64,000 bases of DNA from Candidatus Latescibacterota bacterium (GCA_965217585.1 OZ244561.1:6272001-6336000), one strand, 5' to 3'. Counted from the first letter of the stretch, positions 48,162 through 58,468 are shown. The notes: a model not told the origin generated them from the sequence alone. Numbers and translations: made by a program.

Positions 48162-48885
48162 CGAGGTTGCGCTTGCCCTCTGGATAGAAGGTCACCGGCG
48201 GCAGGTCGATCTCCTCGCCGGCGATCATTTGCTCCAGCAGAGCGGCGACCCCGTCCACGGCTGGCCCCACTAGGGCTTCGCCCTTGGCGCGCGTGCCCAA
48301 GGCGGCGGCCGGGTTGTCGATGGCTCCGGTCTGCACGCGCTCCGGCGCTAAATAGAGCATGGTCGATGTCTCGAATTCGTCGGCGTGCCCAGGCAGGCGT
48401 CCCCGCTCCATGTGTTGCTGCACGTGGTCGGGGTCATATACGTCCCAATAGGACTGGAAGCGGAGATTGACGCCGAGTTTGTCCTGGTATTCGTCGATAC
48501 GACGCATCATGGGTTTGACATTGCCGCCGTGGCCGTTGAGCACCAAGATGTTCTCAACGCCAGCCCGCGCGAGTGAATGGCAGACGTCGAAGACGTATTC
48601 GCAGAAAATTTCCGGCCGCACGGTCAGGGTGCCGATGTGCGCCATCCAGTGCTCGGAAACGCCGATACCCACTGGTGTGGCCACCACCACTTGGGGCAGG
48701 AGCTTTTTGGCCGCGTGCTCAGCCATATAGCTGGCGTGGAAGGTGTCGTGGATCATGTGCAGGTGTTCGTTGTGCTGTTCGGTGGCGGCCGTGGGCACGA
48801 TGGCGGCCTTGATCGTACCCGCTTGGATGCGCTCGCGGAATTCCTTGCGGGTCAGGTCGCCAATAAAGACGCGTTCGTCGGCCAT
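48142..48885 (-). CDS. Creatininase/creatinine amidohydrolase family protein
   Basis: TEQHNEHL...DT, GVSEHW, LNGHGGN, GHADEFETS. Confidence 0.9.
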   Translation of the reverse strand: MADERVFIGDLTRKEFRERIQAGTIKAAIVPTAATEQHNEHLHMIHDTFHASYMAEHAAKKLLPQVVVATPVGIGVSEHWMAHIGTLTVRPEIFCEYVFDVCHSLARAGVENILVLNGHGGNVKPMMRRIDEYQDKLGVNLRFQSYWDVYDPDHVQQHMERGRLPGHADEFETSTMLYLAPERVQTGAIDNPAAALGTRAKGEALVGPAVDGVAALLEQMIAGEEIDLPPVTFYPEGKRNLVTGEPV

Positions 48886-49065
48886 GATTGTGCTCCTTGT
48901 CAATGGGGAAGGGTAGGGGCCGGTAGCTTAACGGCTGTCCATCCGTGCGTCAAGTGGCTGGACGCTCGGTTGACCGGGAGGGAAAAGCACACTTGAATTC
49001 ACTGCATCAACAAGGGGGCCGTCATCGCCAATCCTTTCGCAGAGTGGAATAAAAACTTCGCGCTC

Positions 49066-50178
49066 TTGGCCGTGGCCGTGGCCGGGACGGGGGTGTTCTT
49101 CGGGGTGCAGTTGACCCTGTTCAACAACTTCATCGTCGAGCGGCTGGGCATTGAGCCACACGAATTGGGCTACGTCGAGGCCCTGCGCGAAGTCCCCGGT
49201 TTTCTCAACGCGTTCTTTCTGGCCCTGATCGTCCGCTGCGCCCCGCCGAAAGTCGCCGCCGTTGCGCTGGTGGTGATGGGCATTGGGCTTGCCGCGTACT
49301 CGGAGGTATCCTCGGTCTTCATGTTGGCCTCGTTCTCACTGGTGTGGAGCTTGGGCTTTCACTGCTGGCTCCCGCTAGAGCAGAGCATGGGCTTGGTCTA
49401 TAGCCCAACCGCGGACAAGGGTCGCTGGTTGGGGCAATTGCGCAGCATTAGTAGCTTGGCTTGGCTGGTGGCGATTGGCGTGTGCATGGTGGGGTTGGAT
49501 TTTTTGCGCTACGAGGGGGTCTTTGTCTTGGCTGGGGTGTGTACGGCCGCGGGTGGCTTGGCCCTGTTTTGGGTCGATAACAAGGACGCGCCCGCAGGTG
49601 AGAAGCGCTTGGTGCTCAAGCGGCGCTATCTGCTCTTCTACGCCCTGAATTTCCTCCAAGGCCTGCGCAAGCAGATGTTTATAACCTTCGCCATTTTCGC
49701 CCTGGTGAAAGTACACGAGATGCCGGTGGAGACGACCATGGTCTTAGTGATGATCAACCAAATGCTCATCTCCTTGACGGCTTCGTGGATGGGCCGTTTG
49801 GTCGATCGCTTTGGCGAGCGGTGGATGCTCACTCTAAGTTATAGCGTGTTGACCTTCGTCTTTTTGGGCTACGCGATCGTGGAGCACCGGCCGAGTCTAT
49901 ACGCGCTTTATTGCCTCGACAACCTCATTTTCTTCGGCGGGATCGCGCTGACGACCTACGCGCACAAGATTGCCCCCCCAGACGAACTCAAACCCACCCT
50001 CTCGATGGGGGTGACCATGAACCACGTGGCATCCGTGGCCGCGCCTCTAGTTGGCGGATACGCCTGGCTCTTTTTTGGCTACGAGGTCATTTTTATTAGC
50101 GGCGCGCTCTTGGCCTTTGTCTCGCTGATAGTAACCCAGTGGCTCGATCCAGCAAAGCAGAGCCTCATACCTATTTAA
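49066..50178 (+). CDS. MFS transporter
   Basis: About 12 hydrophobic segments, LREVPGFL, GRLVDRFGER; the true start may be upstream (see findings). Confidence 0.88.
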   Translation: MAVAVAGTGVFFGVQLTLFNNFIVERLGIEPHELGYVEALREVPGFLNAFFLALIVRCAPPKVAAVALVVMGIGLAAYSEVSSVFMLASFSLVWSLGFHCWLPLEQSMGLVYSPTADKGRWLGQLRSISSLAWLVAIGVCMVGLDFLRYEGVFVLAGVCTAAGGLALFWVDNKDAPAGEKRLVLKRRYLLFYALNFLQGLRKQMFITFAIFALVKVHEMPVETTMVLVMINQMLISLTASWMGRLVDRFGERWMLTLSYSVLTFVFLGYAIVEHRPSLYALYCLDNLIFFGGIALTTYAHKIAPPDELKPTLSMGVTMNHVASVAAPLVGGYAWLFFGYEVIFISGALLAFVSLIVTQWLDPAKQSLIPI

Positions 50179-50199
50179 TCCAACCCAATAGAAGGGAAC

Positions 50200-51066
50200 A
50201 TGACCATGAAAATCGGCACCCGCATGCCCCCGTTTTCCCACCAGATCGGCTTTGACGCCTATGCCGCGTGGTTGGCCGAGAACGGTTTTGGCGCGGTCGA
50301 TACCCCGCCTTTGACCCGTCCAATCGCCCGCACCTGCGAGCAACTAGGCTTGACCCTCGGCACCTCGGACGGTGGCGGCCAAGTCCTCACCCGCGACGCG
50401 GCCAAGCGCCGCAAGGGTTTAAGCGAGATCAAGAAGAGCTTGAGCGCGACCGCCCGGCACGGCGGCCACACGCTCTTTACCGTGCTCGGCCCGGACGACC
50501 CCAGCATGTCCAAAGCCGAGACCTTTGAGATCTTTGCCAAGGTCTACCCCCGGGTCGTGGCCCACGCCGAGAAGGTGGGCGTCAATATCGCCATCGAACC
50601 GTGGCCGGGCGGCCGGCCACACTACGCCAATCTGGGCTGCTCGCCCGAGAGCCTGCGCTTGATTTTTGCGGCGTGCCCATCGCCACGGCTGGGCATTTGC
50701 TACGATCCGTCTCACTTCGTGCGCTTGCAGATCGACTATCAGCGGCTCTTGCACGAATTTGGCGACCGCGTGCGGCACGTCCATCTCAAGGACACCGAGA
50801 TCATGCCGGAAAGGCTCTACGAATCCGGCAACCTAGGAGAGGCATACAGCTCGACCTACGTGTGTGGCGAGGGTTGGTGGCGCTATACCATCCCCGGGGA
50901 GGGCGAGGTGGATTGGAACTTTGTGGTGCGCCGGCTCGAAGACGTGGGCTACGACGGCGTGCTCTCAGTGGAACTCGAAGACCACTACTTCTGGCAGACG
51001 CCTGAGCTGCAACAGGAGGGCTTGTTGCGCGCCAAAGACCATATTGAGCCGCTGCTCAGGGGATAA
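50200..51066 (+). CDS. Sugar phosphate isomerase/epimerase (TIM barrel)
   Basis: IAIEPW, YDPSH, HVHLKDTE, PGEGEVDW, LSVELED. Confidence 0.9.
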   Translation: MTMKIGTRMPPFSHQIGFDAYAAWLAENGFGAVDTPPLTRPIARTCEQLGLTLGTSDGGGQVLTRDAAKRRKGLSEIKKSLSATARHGGHTLFTVLGPDDPSMSKAETFEIFAKVYPRVVAHAEKVGVNIAIEPWPGGRPHYANLGCSPESLRLIFAACPSPRLGICYDPSHFVRLQIDYQRLLHEFGDRVRHVHLKDTEIMPERLYESGNLGEAYSSTYVCGEGWWRYTIPGEGEVDWNFVVRRLEDVGYDGVLSVELEDHYFWQTPELQQEGLLRAKDHIEPLLRG

Positions 51067-51069
51067 GCA

Positions 51070-52674
51070 GTGGGTGCCCTGCTTCTGGTGCTCCTGCTGT
51101 CGGCAGCCAGCTATGGACAGAGCCACTTCGTCGAGGTAGCGCGCGAATTAGGGATCGACTTCGTCCACCACAATGGGGCCTCTGCCGAGAAAAATTTGCC
51201 TGAAACCAATGGCGCTGGCAGTGCTTTTCTCGACTACGACGATGACGGAGATTGGGATTTGTACTTGGTCAACAGCGGGGACATGGAGCAGGGGCGGGGC
51301 ACAGCCTCTAACCAGCTCTTTCGCAACGACGGGAACGCCTTTGTCCGAGTGGACGGCGCAGCGGGCGCATCCGGTGCCTCCTATGGCATGGGGGTGACCG
51401 CGGCCGACTACGATGGCGACGGCGGCCCAGATCTCTACCTGACGGCGTGGGGGCCGGACCAGTTCTACCGGCGCGAAAGGGGTGGCTATGTCGATGCGAC
51501 GGACGCGACCGGTCTCGGTCACGCGGGATGGACCACCAGCGCCGTTGCGTTCGACTACGATCTCGACGGCGACCTCGATCTCTTCGCCGCGCAATACGTC
51601 CGCTTTGCCTTGGGTGAACAGCCTTGGTGCGGACGCGCAGACATGGGGCTGCGCTTCTACTGCGATCCGAGGGTCTTTGCGTCCACTGCGGACATCCTCT
51701 ATCGCAATGAGGGCCACGGCGTCTTTTCCGAGGTTGGCCGCCAAGCGGGTATCGAGCGCGAGGGCAATGGGTTGGGCGCAGTGGCTGGCGACTTCGATGG
51801 GGACGGCGACCCAGATCTGTACGTGGCCAACGACTTAACGCCCAATTTCCACTACGTCAACCAAGGCGACGGCACTTTTGCCGAGACCGGCTTGCTGGCC
51901 GGGACCGCGCTAAGCGCAGACGGGGCTAGCCAAGCGGGCATGGGCGTCGATGCCGGCGACATAGACCAAGACGGCGACCTCGACCTCTTCGTCACCAATT
52001 ACCAGTTGGAAAACAACGGGCTGTATCGCAACGACGGCTCGTTTTACTCAGAGATTAGCTTCAAGGCCGGCCTCGGCGACCTCAGCCTGAACCACCTTGG
52101 TTTTGGCACGGGTTTCTTCGACTCCGACAACGACGGGTACCTCGACCTGTTCGTGGGCAATGGCCACGTCCACGACAACATTGAATCGTACGATGAATTG
52201 GTGACCTACGCGCAGCGGGCACAGCTATTTCGCAATGGGGGGGCGGGCGTCTTCCGCGAAGTGACCGCTGAGAGCGGCCCGGCTTTCGCAGCCGCCTACG
52301 TGGTGCGTGGCTCCTCCTTTGGGGACATTGACCAAGATGGCGACTTGGACATTGCCCTCGTCAACAACGGCCGCCGCTTTGCCCTGCTGCGCAACGACGG
52401 TGTTGGGGGCAACTACCTCGCGGTCTCGCTGGAAGGCCGGCAGAGCAATCGCGACGGCATCGGCACCCGCCTGTACCTATGGGCCGGCGGACGTCGGCAG
52501 TTCAGGGAAGTAAAGGCGGGATCGGGTTTCCTCTCGACCAGTCAGCGCGACCCCGTGTTCGGATTGGGAACGGCCGAGCGCATCGAGCGACTGGAAATTC
52601 ACTGGCCGGCCGGGGGGGTACAAGTGCTCGAAGACCTAGCAGCGAACCAGCGGTTGCACGTAGTGGAAAATTGA
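51070..52674 (+). CDS. CRTAC1 family protein (FG-GAP/VCBS repeats plus ASPIC/UnbV)
   Basis: Repeated DxDxDGDxDL motifs; SNRDGIG...FGLG...IHWPAG C-terminal domain; signal peptide. Confidence 0.92.
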   Translation: MGALLLVLLLSAASYGQSHFVEVARELGIDFVHHNGASAEKNLPETNGAGSAFLDYDDDGDWDLYLVNSGDMEQGRGTASNQLFRNDGNAFVRVDGAAGASGASYGMGVTAADYDGDGGPDLYLTAWGPDQFYRRERGGYVDATDATGLGHAGWTTSAVAFDYDLDGDLDLFAAQYVRFALGEQPWCGRADMGLRFYCDPRVFASTADILYRNEGHGVFSEVGRQAGIEREGNGLGAVAGDFDGDGDPDLYVANDLTPNFHYVNQGDGTFAETGLLAGTALSADGASQAGMGVDAGDIDQDGDLDLFVTNYQLENNGLYRNDGSFYSEISFKAGLGDLSLNHLGFGTGFFDSDNDGYLDLFVGNGHVHDNIESYDELVTYAQRAQLFRNGGAGVFREVTAESGPAFAAAYVVRGSSFGDIDQDGDLDIALVNNGRRFALLRNDGVGGNYLAVSLEGRQSNRDGIGTRLYLWAGGRRQFREVKAGSGFLSTSQRDPVFGLGTAERIERLEIHWPAGGVQVLEDLAANQRLHVVEN

Positions 52675-52740
52675 CGATCACCGTGCTCCCGTCTATTATT
52701 CAGCCGAATTCAGCCGACCAATCAAAGAGGAGCGAGCGAT

Positions 52741-53727
52741 ATGACCGGATTTGCTGTTGTAGGGTTGGGCATGGGGCGCAATCGCGCCCGGCAAGTGGCC
52801 GAGACCGCAGGGGCCGAGTTGTGTGTGGTCGTCGATCTCAACGAGGACTTGGCTCGCCAAGTAGGCGAGGAAATGGGTTGCTCGTGGTGTACGGCCCTCG
52901 AAGACGCCTTGGGGCGGGGCGATGTGGATGTCGTGCTGGTGATGACCCCGAGCGGGCTGCACGCGTCCATAGGCGTCGAGGCGCTCAGAGCCGGCAAGCA
53001 CGTAATCACCACCAAGCCGATGGACGTCAGCACGAAAGCTTGCGACGAGCTGATCGCCGCGGCTGACGAGGGCGGCCTCTTGCTCGGCGTCGATTACCAA
53101 AGCCGCTACGTTGACAACAACTACCGCGTCGCCGCGGCCCTCAAGCAGGGCCTGTTGGGCAAGCCCATCCTCGGCGAGGTGCGCTTTAAGTGGTTTCGTT
53201 CACAGGAGTACTTTGAACACGGCGGCGGCTGGCGCGGCACTTGGGCGATGGACGGGGGAGGGTCGCTGGCCAACCAGGGGTCGCACCTGATCGATCTCCT
53301 ACTGTGGTTCATGGGCGTGCCCAAAACCGTCTATGGCGAGACGGCGATCATGAACCACGACATTGAGACTGAGGATATTGGCCAGGCCATTTTGAATTTC
53401 GAGAGCGGTGCCAAGGGGGGCATCTTGGGCACGACGACCTTCCCGGCAAGCCCCTACTTTAGCGCAGAGGTCCACGGCAGCGCAGGAGGGGTGTTGCTGG
53501 ATGCCGCGCTGTCGGGCGAGATGCGCGTCTTTGGCGACGGCTTGGAGGAGAAGCTGCACGCCATAGACAACCCGCTGGCCAATGTCGTCGAGGACGTGGT
53601 CTCGGCCCTAGAAAACGGAACCGACCTGCGGGTGGATGGCCGCGAGGGCCGCCACACAGTGGCGCTGTTGGAAAACATCTACCGCTCGGCGCGGGAGGGA
53701 AAGGTGCTGGATTACCATGACGGATAA
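52741..53727 (+). CDS. Gfo/Idh/MocA family oxidoreductase
   Basis: VVGLGMG, KHVITTKP, WRGTWAMDGGGSLANQGSHLID. Confidence 0.9.
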   Translation: MTGFAVVGLGMGRNRARQVAETAGAELCVVVDLNEDLARQVGEEMGCSWCTALEDALGRGDVDVVLVMTPSGLHASIGVEALRAGKHVITTKPMDVSTKACDELIAAADEGGLLLGVDYQSRYVDNNYRVAAALKQGLLGKPILGEVRFKWFRSQEYFEHGGGWRGTWAMDGGGSLANQGSHLIDLLLWFMGVPKTVYGETAIMNHDIETEDIGQAILNFESGAKGGILGTTTFPASPYFSAEVHGSAGGVLLDAALSGEMRVFGDGLEEKLHAIDNPLANVVEDVVSALENGTDLRVDGREGRHTVALLENIYRSAREGKVLDYHDG

Positions 53728-54754
53728 AGTGTACGCGGCCCTCGTCGGGTTGGACAATCCCCACAGTCGCGGATGGCTGACCTCGCTGCAGCACTGCGAG
53801 GCCGTGGGTCGGTTGGTCGTCTGCGCGACCGAAGAATGCACTGGCGTCGATCAGGTGTATGGCAGCCTAGACGCGCTGCTGGCGGACGAGAAGCTGGGAT
53901 TAGCGATAGTCTGTACGCGCAACGACCAAGCGCCAGACCTCATCGCGCAGCTTTTGCAGGCCGGCGTGCCGGTCATTGCCGAGAAACCGGTCGCACGCAC
54001 GGCCGCTGACATCGCCCGCCTCAACGAAATCGCTGCCGCGCAGCAGGTCTTGTGGGCGACGGCCTTTTTGAACCGCTGTCACCCGATTGCCGGCAAGATG
54101 CGTGAACTTGTCGCTGCCGGCGTCTTGGGCCGCATCGTCTCCATTGAGGGTCGGATGGTCACTAGCACCGTCCAGCAGCGCAACCCGGACCACTGGCTCT
54201 TTGACCGTGCACAGGCGGGCGGGGGGATTCTGCATTGGCTGGCGATCCATACGGTCGATTTGGTCCGCTATATCAGCGGCTTGGAGTACGAAAGCGTCAG
54301 CGCGTACAAGGCGACGCTGAGCGGTACCGGCATCGACGTCGAGGACGTGCTCGCCGCTTCGTTCCGCATGGACAACGGCGCGCTGGGGAGCCTTCACGCG
54401 GGCTATGTCCTGCCGCGCCGCTACGGCGATATCTACTTGTGTTTCAGGGGGACCGCAGGGGATGCGACTTGGGTGATGCAAGATTGGACCGGGCGGACCG
54501 GGCGCGGCGACCGGCTCATCGTCCAGAGCCAAGCCGAGGGCTGGGCCGAGGACGAGTACCGCCAATTCGACCTGTCCGTCGGCGCGGCCCCCGGGTACGG
54601 TGGGGCGGCCGGATTGGGTTTTATCGCCGACTTCGTCGCCGCCAGCCGTGGGCAGGGTACTTTTATCACCAATGGCGACGATGCCTGGCAGGCCATGCAC
54701 TTTGTCGAGGCGGCGTACGCTGCGGCTGAGCGAGGCTGCCAACTCGAACTGTAA
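53717..54754 (+). CDS. Gfo/Idh/MocA family oxidoreductase
   Basis: VIAEKP, GGGILHWLAIHTVD, VEDV; start MTDKVY. Confidence 0.88.
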   Translation: MTDKVYAALVGLDNPHSRGWLTSLQHCEAVGRLVVCATEECTGVDQVYGSLDALLADEKLGLAIVCTRNDQAPDLIAQLLQAGVPVIAEKPVARTAADIARLNEIAAAQQVLWATAFLNRCHPIAGKMRELVAAGVLGRIVSIEGRMVTSTVQQRNPDHWLFDRAQAGGGILHWLAIHTVDLVRYISGLEYESVSAYKATLSGTGIDVEDVLAASFRMDNGALGSLHAGYVLPRRYGDIYLCFRGTAGDATWVMQDWTGRTGRGDRLIVQSQAEGWAEDEYRQFDLSVGAAPGYGGAAGLGFIADFVAASRGQGTFITNGDDAWQAMHFVEAAYAAAERGCQLEL

Positions 54755-54796
54755 GAGTCAGATAGACGCACCAACCTAACTTCAGGAGGCAGACCT

Positions 54797-56068
54797 GTGA
54801 AAGTCGTAGATGTCGAGCGGATCGTAGTCGAGGTGCCCTTTACGCAACGCCAGCAAAAAATCACGGCCCGAGAAGTGTACAACTGGTGTATCCTAGAGCT
54901 GTGCCGCGTTACAACCGATAGCGGCCACGTGGGCTGGGGGGAGACGGTCATCCACTACACTTGGGCCAGGGTATCTGATGAGGCGGTCGAGCGGGTTGTG
55001 GGCCAAAGCCCGGCGGCCCTGATGCACGACGACTCCTTGGGGGCAGGGTTGCAGATGGCGCTTTTCGACGTAGTCGGCAAGGCCCTTGAAGTGCCCGTGT
55101 ACCAGCTTATGGGCAATAAGTGCCGCGATTGGGTGCCCTTGTCTTGGTGGTCCATCGATGCCTCGCCGCAGGATTGGGCTGCCGAGGCCAAAGATGCGGT
55201 GGAAGCCGGCTATACCAGCTTTAAGCTCAAACCGCGGCCTTGGTGGGACATAGTGGCCCAGATCGACACAATCTGCCAGGTCGTGCCTCCGCATTTCAAG
55301 TTGGACCTCGATCCCAATGCTACTTGGCAAAACGCCGCCACCGCGATCCCTATTATCAAAAGGCTCGAAGCCTACGACAACGTGGCCATCTACGAATCCC
55401 CCATTCCCCAGGACGACATACTCGGCAACCGGCAGATCCGCGCGACCAGCAACCGGCCCATTGCCATGCATTTTGGCTCGCCGCCGTACGTAACTCAGGT
55501 TAGGGAGGAGGTCTGCGACGGCTATGTGCTCTGCGCTGGCCAGTCGCAGCTCATGCGCCAAGCCGAGCTCAGTGCCGAGGCCGCCATGCCCTTCTGGCTG
55601 CAACTGGTCGGCAATGGTTTGACGACGACGTGGGCCGCGCATTTGGGGGCCGTGCTCACTCACGCCACTTGGCCGGCCATAACCTGCATCAATCTGTACA
55701 GCCACCAGCTTCTCAAAGAGGCAATCGACGTGGTTGGGGGGTATCACCGGGTGCCCGAGGGACCGGGTTTGGGCGTGGAAATCGACGAGCCGGCCATCGC
55801 CCGCTACCGGGTGCCGGAGGAGACGCTCAAGTCGCTGCAGGGCGCACCCTACACGCTGCCGGAGCCGAGGATCATCCGCTCGGTCGTCTATCCCGACGGC
55901 AGTTGCGTACATCTGGCCCATTCGGGCCAGGGCTACAGTTACTTCGGTGGCGGAAACGGCCCGGCCCAAGCCGAAGGCGTACGGCTCGAAACGTGGGCCG
56001 ACGATGGTTCCAAGGAGTGGCAGCAGCTATTTGCTCGGGCGCAGGAACATCCGGTGCGCGATCGCTAG
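54797..56068 (+). CDS. Mandelate racemase/enolase superfamily enzyme with C-terminal extension
   Basis: GWGE, MALFDVVGK, FKLKPRPW, LDPN, YESP, PGLGVEID. Confidence 0.88.
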   Translation: MKVVDVERIVVEVPFTQRQQKITAREVYNWCILELCRVTTDSGHVGWGETVIHYTWARVSDEAVERVVGQSPAALMHDDSLGAGLQMALFDVVGKALEVPVYQLMGNKCRDWVPLSWWSIDASPQDWAAEAKDAVEAGYTSFKLKPRPWWDIVAQIDTICQVVPPHFKLDLDPNATWQNAATAIPIIKRLEAYDNVAIYESPIPQDDILGNRQIRATSNRPIAMHFGSPPYVTQVREEVCDGYVLCAGQSQLMRQAELSAEAAMPFWLQLVGNGLTTTWAAHLGAVLTHATWPAITCINLYSHQLLKEAIDVVGGYHRVPEGPGLGVEIDEPAIARYRVPEETLKSLQGAPYTLPEPRIIRSVVYPDGSCVHLAHSGQGYSYFGGGNGPAQAEGVRLETWADDGSKEWQQLFARAQEHPVRDR

Positions 56069-56121
56069 CAGCAGCGTTGATTTTCAATTCGTTTTGATTA
56101 TCACTTTCTATAGATAACATT

Positions 56122-57324
56122 ATGTGCGCCAAGAAAATAGCTGCTATCCAAACCTTTGAATTGTCGCCCCCGCCCCCGAGCGAGGAAGGCACCCGACCGC
56201 TGCGCGAGCAGGCGTGGCTTTGGGCACCTGAGCAGGCCACGCCGATGGATAAATTCGCGCCCGAGGAGCGGATCATGCCCAAGCCGGGTGGGGTGATTTG
56301 GGTCAAGGTCATCGCCGAGGACGGCACCTTTGGCTTGGGCCGTACGGATTCGGCCCATGCCACCCAGCCGATCATCGCCGAGTGCCTAGCCCCCCTAGTC
56401 GTCGGGCAGGAGGTGGGGGCCATTGATCGGTGCAATGATCGCATGTGGCGGGGGACGCTCTCCTTTGGCAACGAAGGGCTTACGGCGCGGGCGGTCGCCG
56501 GAGTCGATCTGGCGCTGTGGGATCTGTGGGGCAAAACCCTGGACCAGCCTGTCTATCGGCTGGCCGGAGGCCCGCAGCGCACCCAGATGGAAGTCTATGC
56601 CACCGGCAACGACGTCGATTGGTACTTGGAGTTGGGCTTCAAAAAGTTCAAGCTGGCCCGTCCGCACGGACCCGTTGATGGCCAAGCCGGAATCGACGGC
56701 ACGGTCGAACTGATAGCTAAGTGCCGCGAGTTAATCGGCCCAGACGCCGACTTGATGCTCGATTGCTGGATGACCTTTGACCTCGACTTTGCCGTGCGCC
56801 TCTGCGAGGCGCTCAAGCCGTATCGGATGCGCTGGATGGAGGAAATGCTGATGCCCCACGACTGGGAGGGGCACCGGGCCCTGCGCCAGCGCGTCCCTTG
56901 GCAGACGCTGGCCGACGGCGAGCACTGGTCCACTCGCCATCCAGGTATGAGGGCCGTTCAAGAGCGGCTCGTCGATTTGATCCAGGCCGATATCTACTGG
57001 ATAGGGGGCTTTACCGAGGCGATGAAGCTGGCCCACTACGCCGATTCGCAAGGCATCCAGATGTGCCTACACACTGGGGGCAACGACCCGTATGGCCAGC
57101 ATTGGACGGCGGCGATGCCCAATACCCCGCTGATCGAGTTTTTCATCGGCTCTCTGCCCGGGGTGCCGTTGGCTGAGTGCTATATCGGCACGCCTTCAAA
57201 GTGGGGGCAACGACACTACAAAGTTCCACCGGGGACCAACGTGCCACAAAACGGCCTGCTCGGTCTGCCCAAAGGCCCCGGCTTTGGGCTCGACATCCCC
57301 GAGGACTGGCTAAAGGAGGTGTAA
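56122..57324 (+). CDS. Enolase superfamily dehydratase, L-rhamnonate dehydratase-like
   Basis: DLALWDLWGK, YATGND, LMLDCWM, WMEE, GEHW, QADIYWIGG, PGFGLD. Confidence 0.85.
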   Translation: MCAKKIAAIQTFELSPPPPSEEGTRPLREQAWLWAPEQATPMDKFAPEERIMPKPGGVIWVKVIAEDGTFGLGRTDSAHATQPIIAECLAPLVVGQEVGAIDRCNDRMWRGTLSFGNEGLTARAVAGVDLALWDLWGKTLDQPVYRLAGGPQRTQMEVYATGNDVDWYLELGFKKFKLARPHGPVDGQAGIDGTVELIAKCRELIGPDADLMLDCWMTFDLDFAVRLCEALKPYRMRWMEEMLMPHDWEGHRALRQRVPWQTLADGEHWSTRHPGMRAVQERLVDLIQADIYWIGGFTEAMKLAHYADSQGIQMCLHTGGNDPYGQHWTAAMPNTPLIEFFIGSLPGVPLAECYIGTPSKWGQRHYKVPPGTNVPQNGLLGLPKGPGFGLDIPEDWLKEV

Positions 57325-57326
57325 TC

Positions 57327-58337
57327 GTGAAAATCACCCAGATCGAAGAGTTTGTCACCGCGGTGCCGCATATCCCCGCAATTGAAAAGAGTCGTCCCGG
57401 CCATTACTTGGAACAGCCCATCAGCCTGATTAAGGTGCATACCGACGAGGGTATCTGCGGAGTGGGCGAAGGGGGGCGCGGCGGCTCATTGGCCAGCTTG
57501 GAGGCCGAGTGGGTCGGCGTTGATCCCATGCAGGTCAACTTGGGCGATAAAGGAGGGGCGATGATCATGGCCCTGTACGACATCGTCGGCAAGGCCCTCG
57601 GGGTGCCGGCCTGGAAGCTGATGGGGTCCAAGCATTGGGACCGGGTGCCGGTGGGCTGGTGGTCGCCGCCGCTGGAGCCGCGCGAATTCGCCGCCATGGC
57701 CGAGGAAGGGGCCAAGCGAGGGTTCAAGACCCACAAGCTCAAGGCGCGGCCTTGGAACATCGTCGAGACCGTCAAGCTGATGACTAAAGCCGCCGGCCCG
57801 GACTACGGCATTATCGTCGATCCGAATTTTGCCTTTGGCGATTTGAGCACCAGTCTGCGGCTGGCCGAGTCCCTGGAGCCGTATAACATCGAGGCATTTG
57901 AGGATCCCTTCCAGTACTTGCCGGGCTGGTATCAGTACCGCGATTTTCGCCGGCACACCCGCATCCGGCTCGCGCCCCATTTAGGCGATCCGCAGATGGT
58001 GCTGAGCGCGATCCGCGCCGAGGCGGCCGATTGCTTCAATCTGGGCGGCAACGTCGAGAGCGCCCAGATCTGCGCCGGAATGGCCGCGGCGGCCGGGATG
58101 CCGGTCTGGTTGCAGGTCGTGGGGTTGGGTCTAGGCGTGTCGGGTGCCTACGGCACGCACGTCCACGCGACCATTCCCAACGCGACCATCCCCTCCGACA
58201 GCCTGCACTTCACGCGCGAGAACGACCTAATCGGCGGTGCGTTGACGCCGGTCGATGGCTTCGTCACCGTGCCGGATGCACCCGGGCTGGGCGTTGAGTT
58301 GGATATGGAGGCCGTGGAGAAGTATCGCGTGGGGTAG
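57327..58337 (+). CDS. Mandelate racemase/enolase superfamily enzyme
   Basis: GVGE, MALYDIVGK, HKLKARPW, VDPN, FEDP, PGLGVELD; SD AAGGAGG. Confidence 0.88.
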   Translation: MKITQIEEFVTAVPHIPAIEKSRPGHYLEQPISLIKVHTDEGICGVGEGGRGGSLASLEAEWVGVDPMQVNLGDKGGAMIMALYDIVGKALGVPAWKLMGSKHWDRVPVGWWSPPLEPREFAAMAEEGAKRGFKTHKLKARPWNIVETVKLMTKAAGPDYGIIVDPNFAFGDLSTSLRLAESLEPYNIEAFEDPFQYLPGWYQYRDFRRHTRIRLAPHLGDPQMVLSAIRAEAADCFNLGGNVESAQICAGMAAAAGMPVWLQVVGLGLGVSGAYGTHVHATIPNATIPSDSLHFTRENDLIGGALTPVDGFVTVPDAPGLGVELDMEAVEKYRVG

Positions 58338-58392
58338 CGGTCTTGCGATGGATACGCAAACCGCGTATTTTTAATTAGATACAGCCCTGATA

Positions 58393-58468
58393 GAGCCTAT
58401 AGCTCAGCTGGTAGAGCACCGGACTTTTAATCCGTAGGTCCTGGGTTCGACTCCCAGTGGGCTCACCA
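58393..58468 (+). tRNA. tRNA-Lys (TTT)
   Basis: GAGCCTA/TGGGCTC acceptor, AGCTCAGCTGGTAGAGC D-arm, CTTTTAA loop, GGTTCGACTCC, CCA; upstream TTGCGA-17-TATTTT promoter. Confidence 0.96.

Noticed and set aside
54893-55969. Long antisense ORFs (358 aa here; also 53900-54742 and 1759-2529)
   Set aside because: They lie opposite well-supported genes in GC-rich DNA and show no recognisable motifs.
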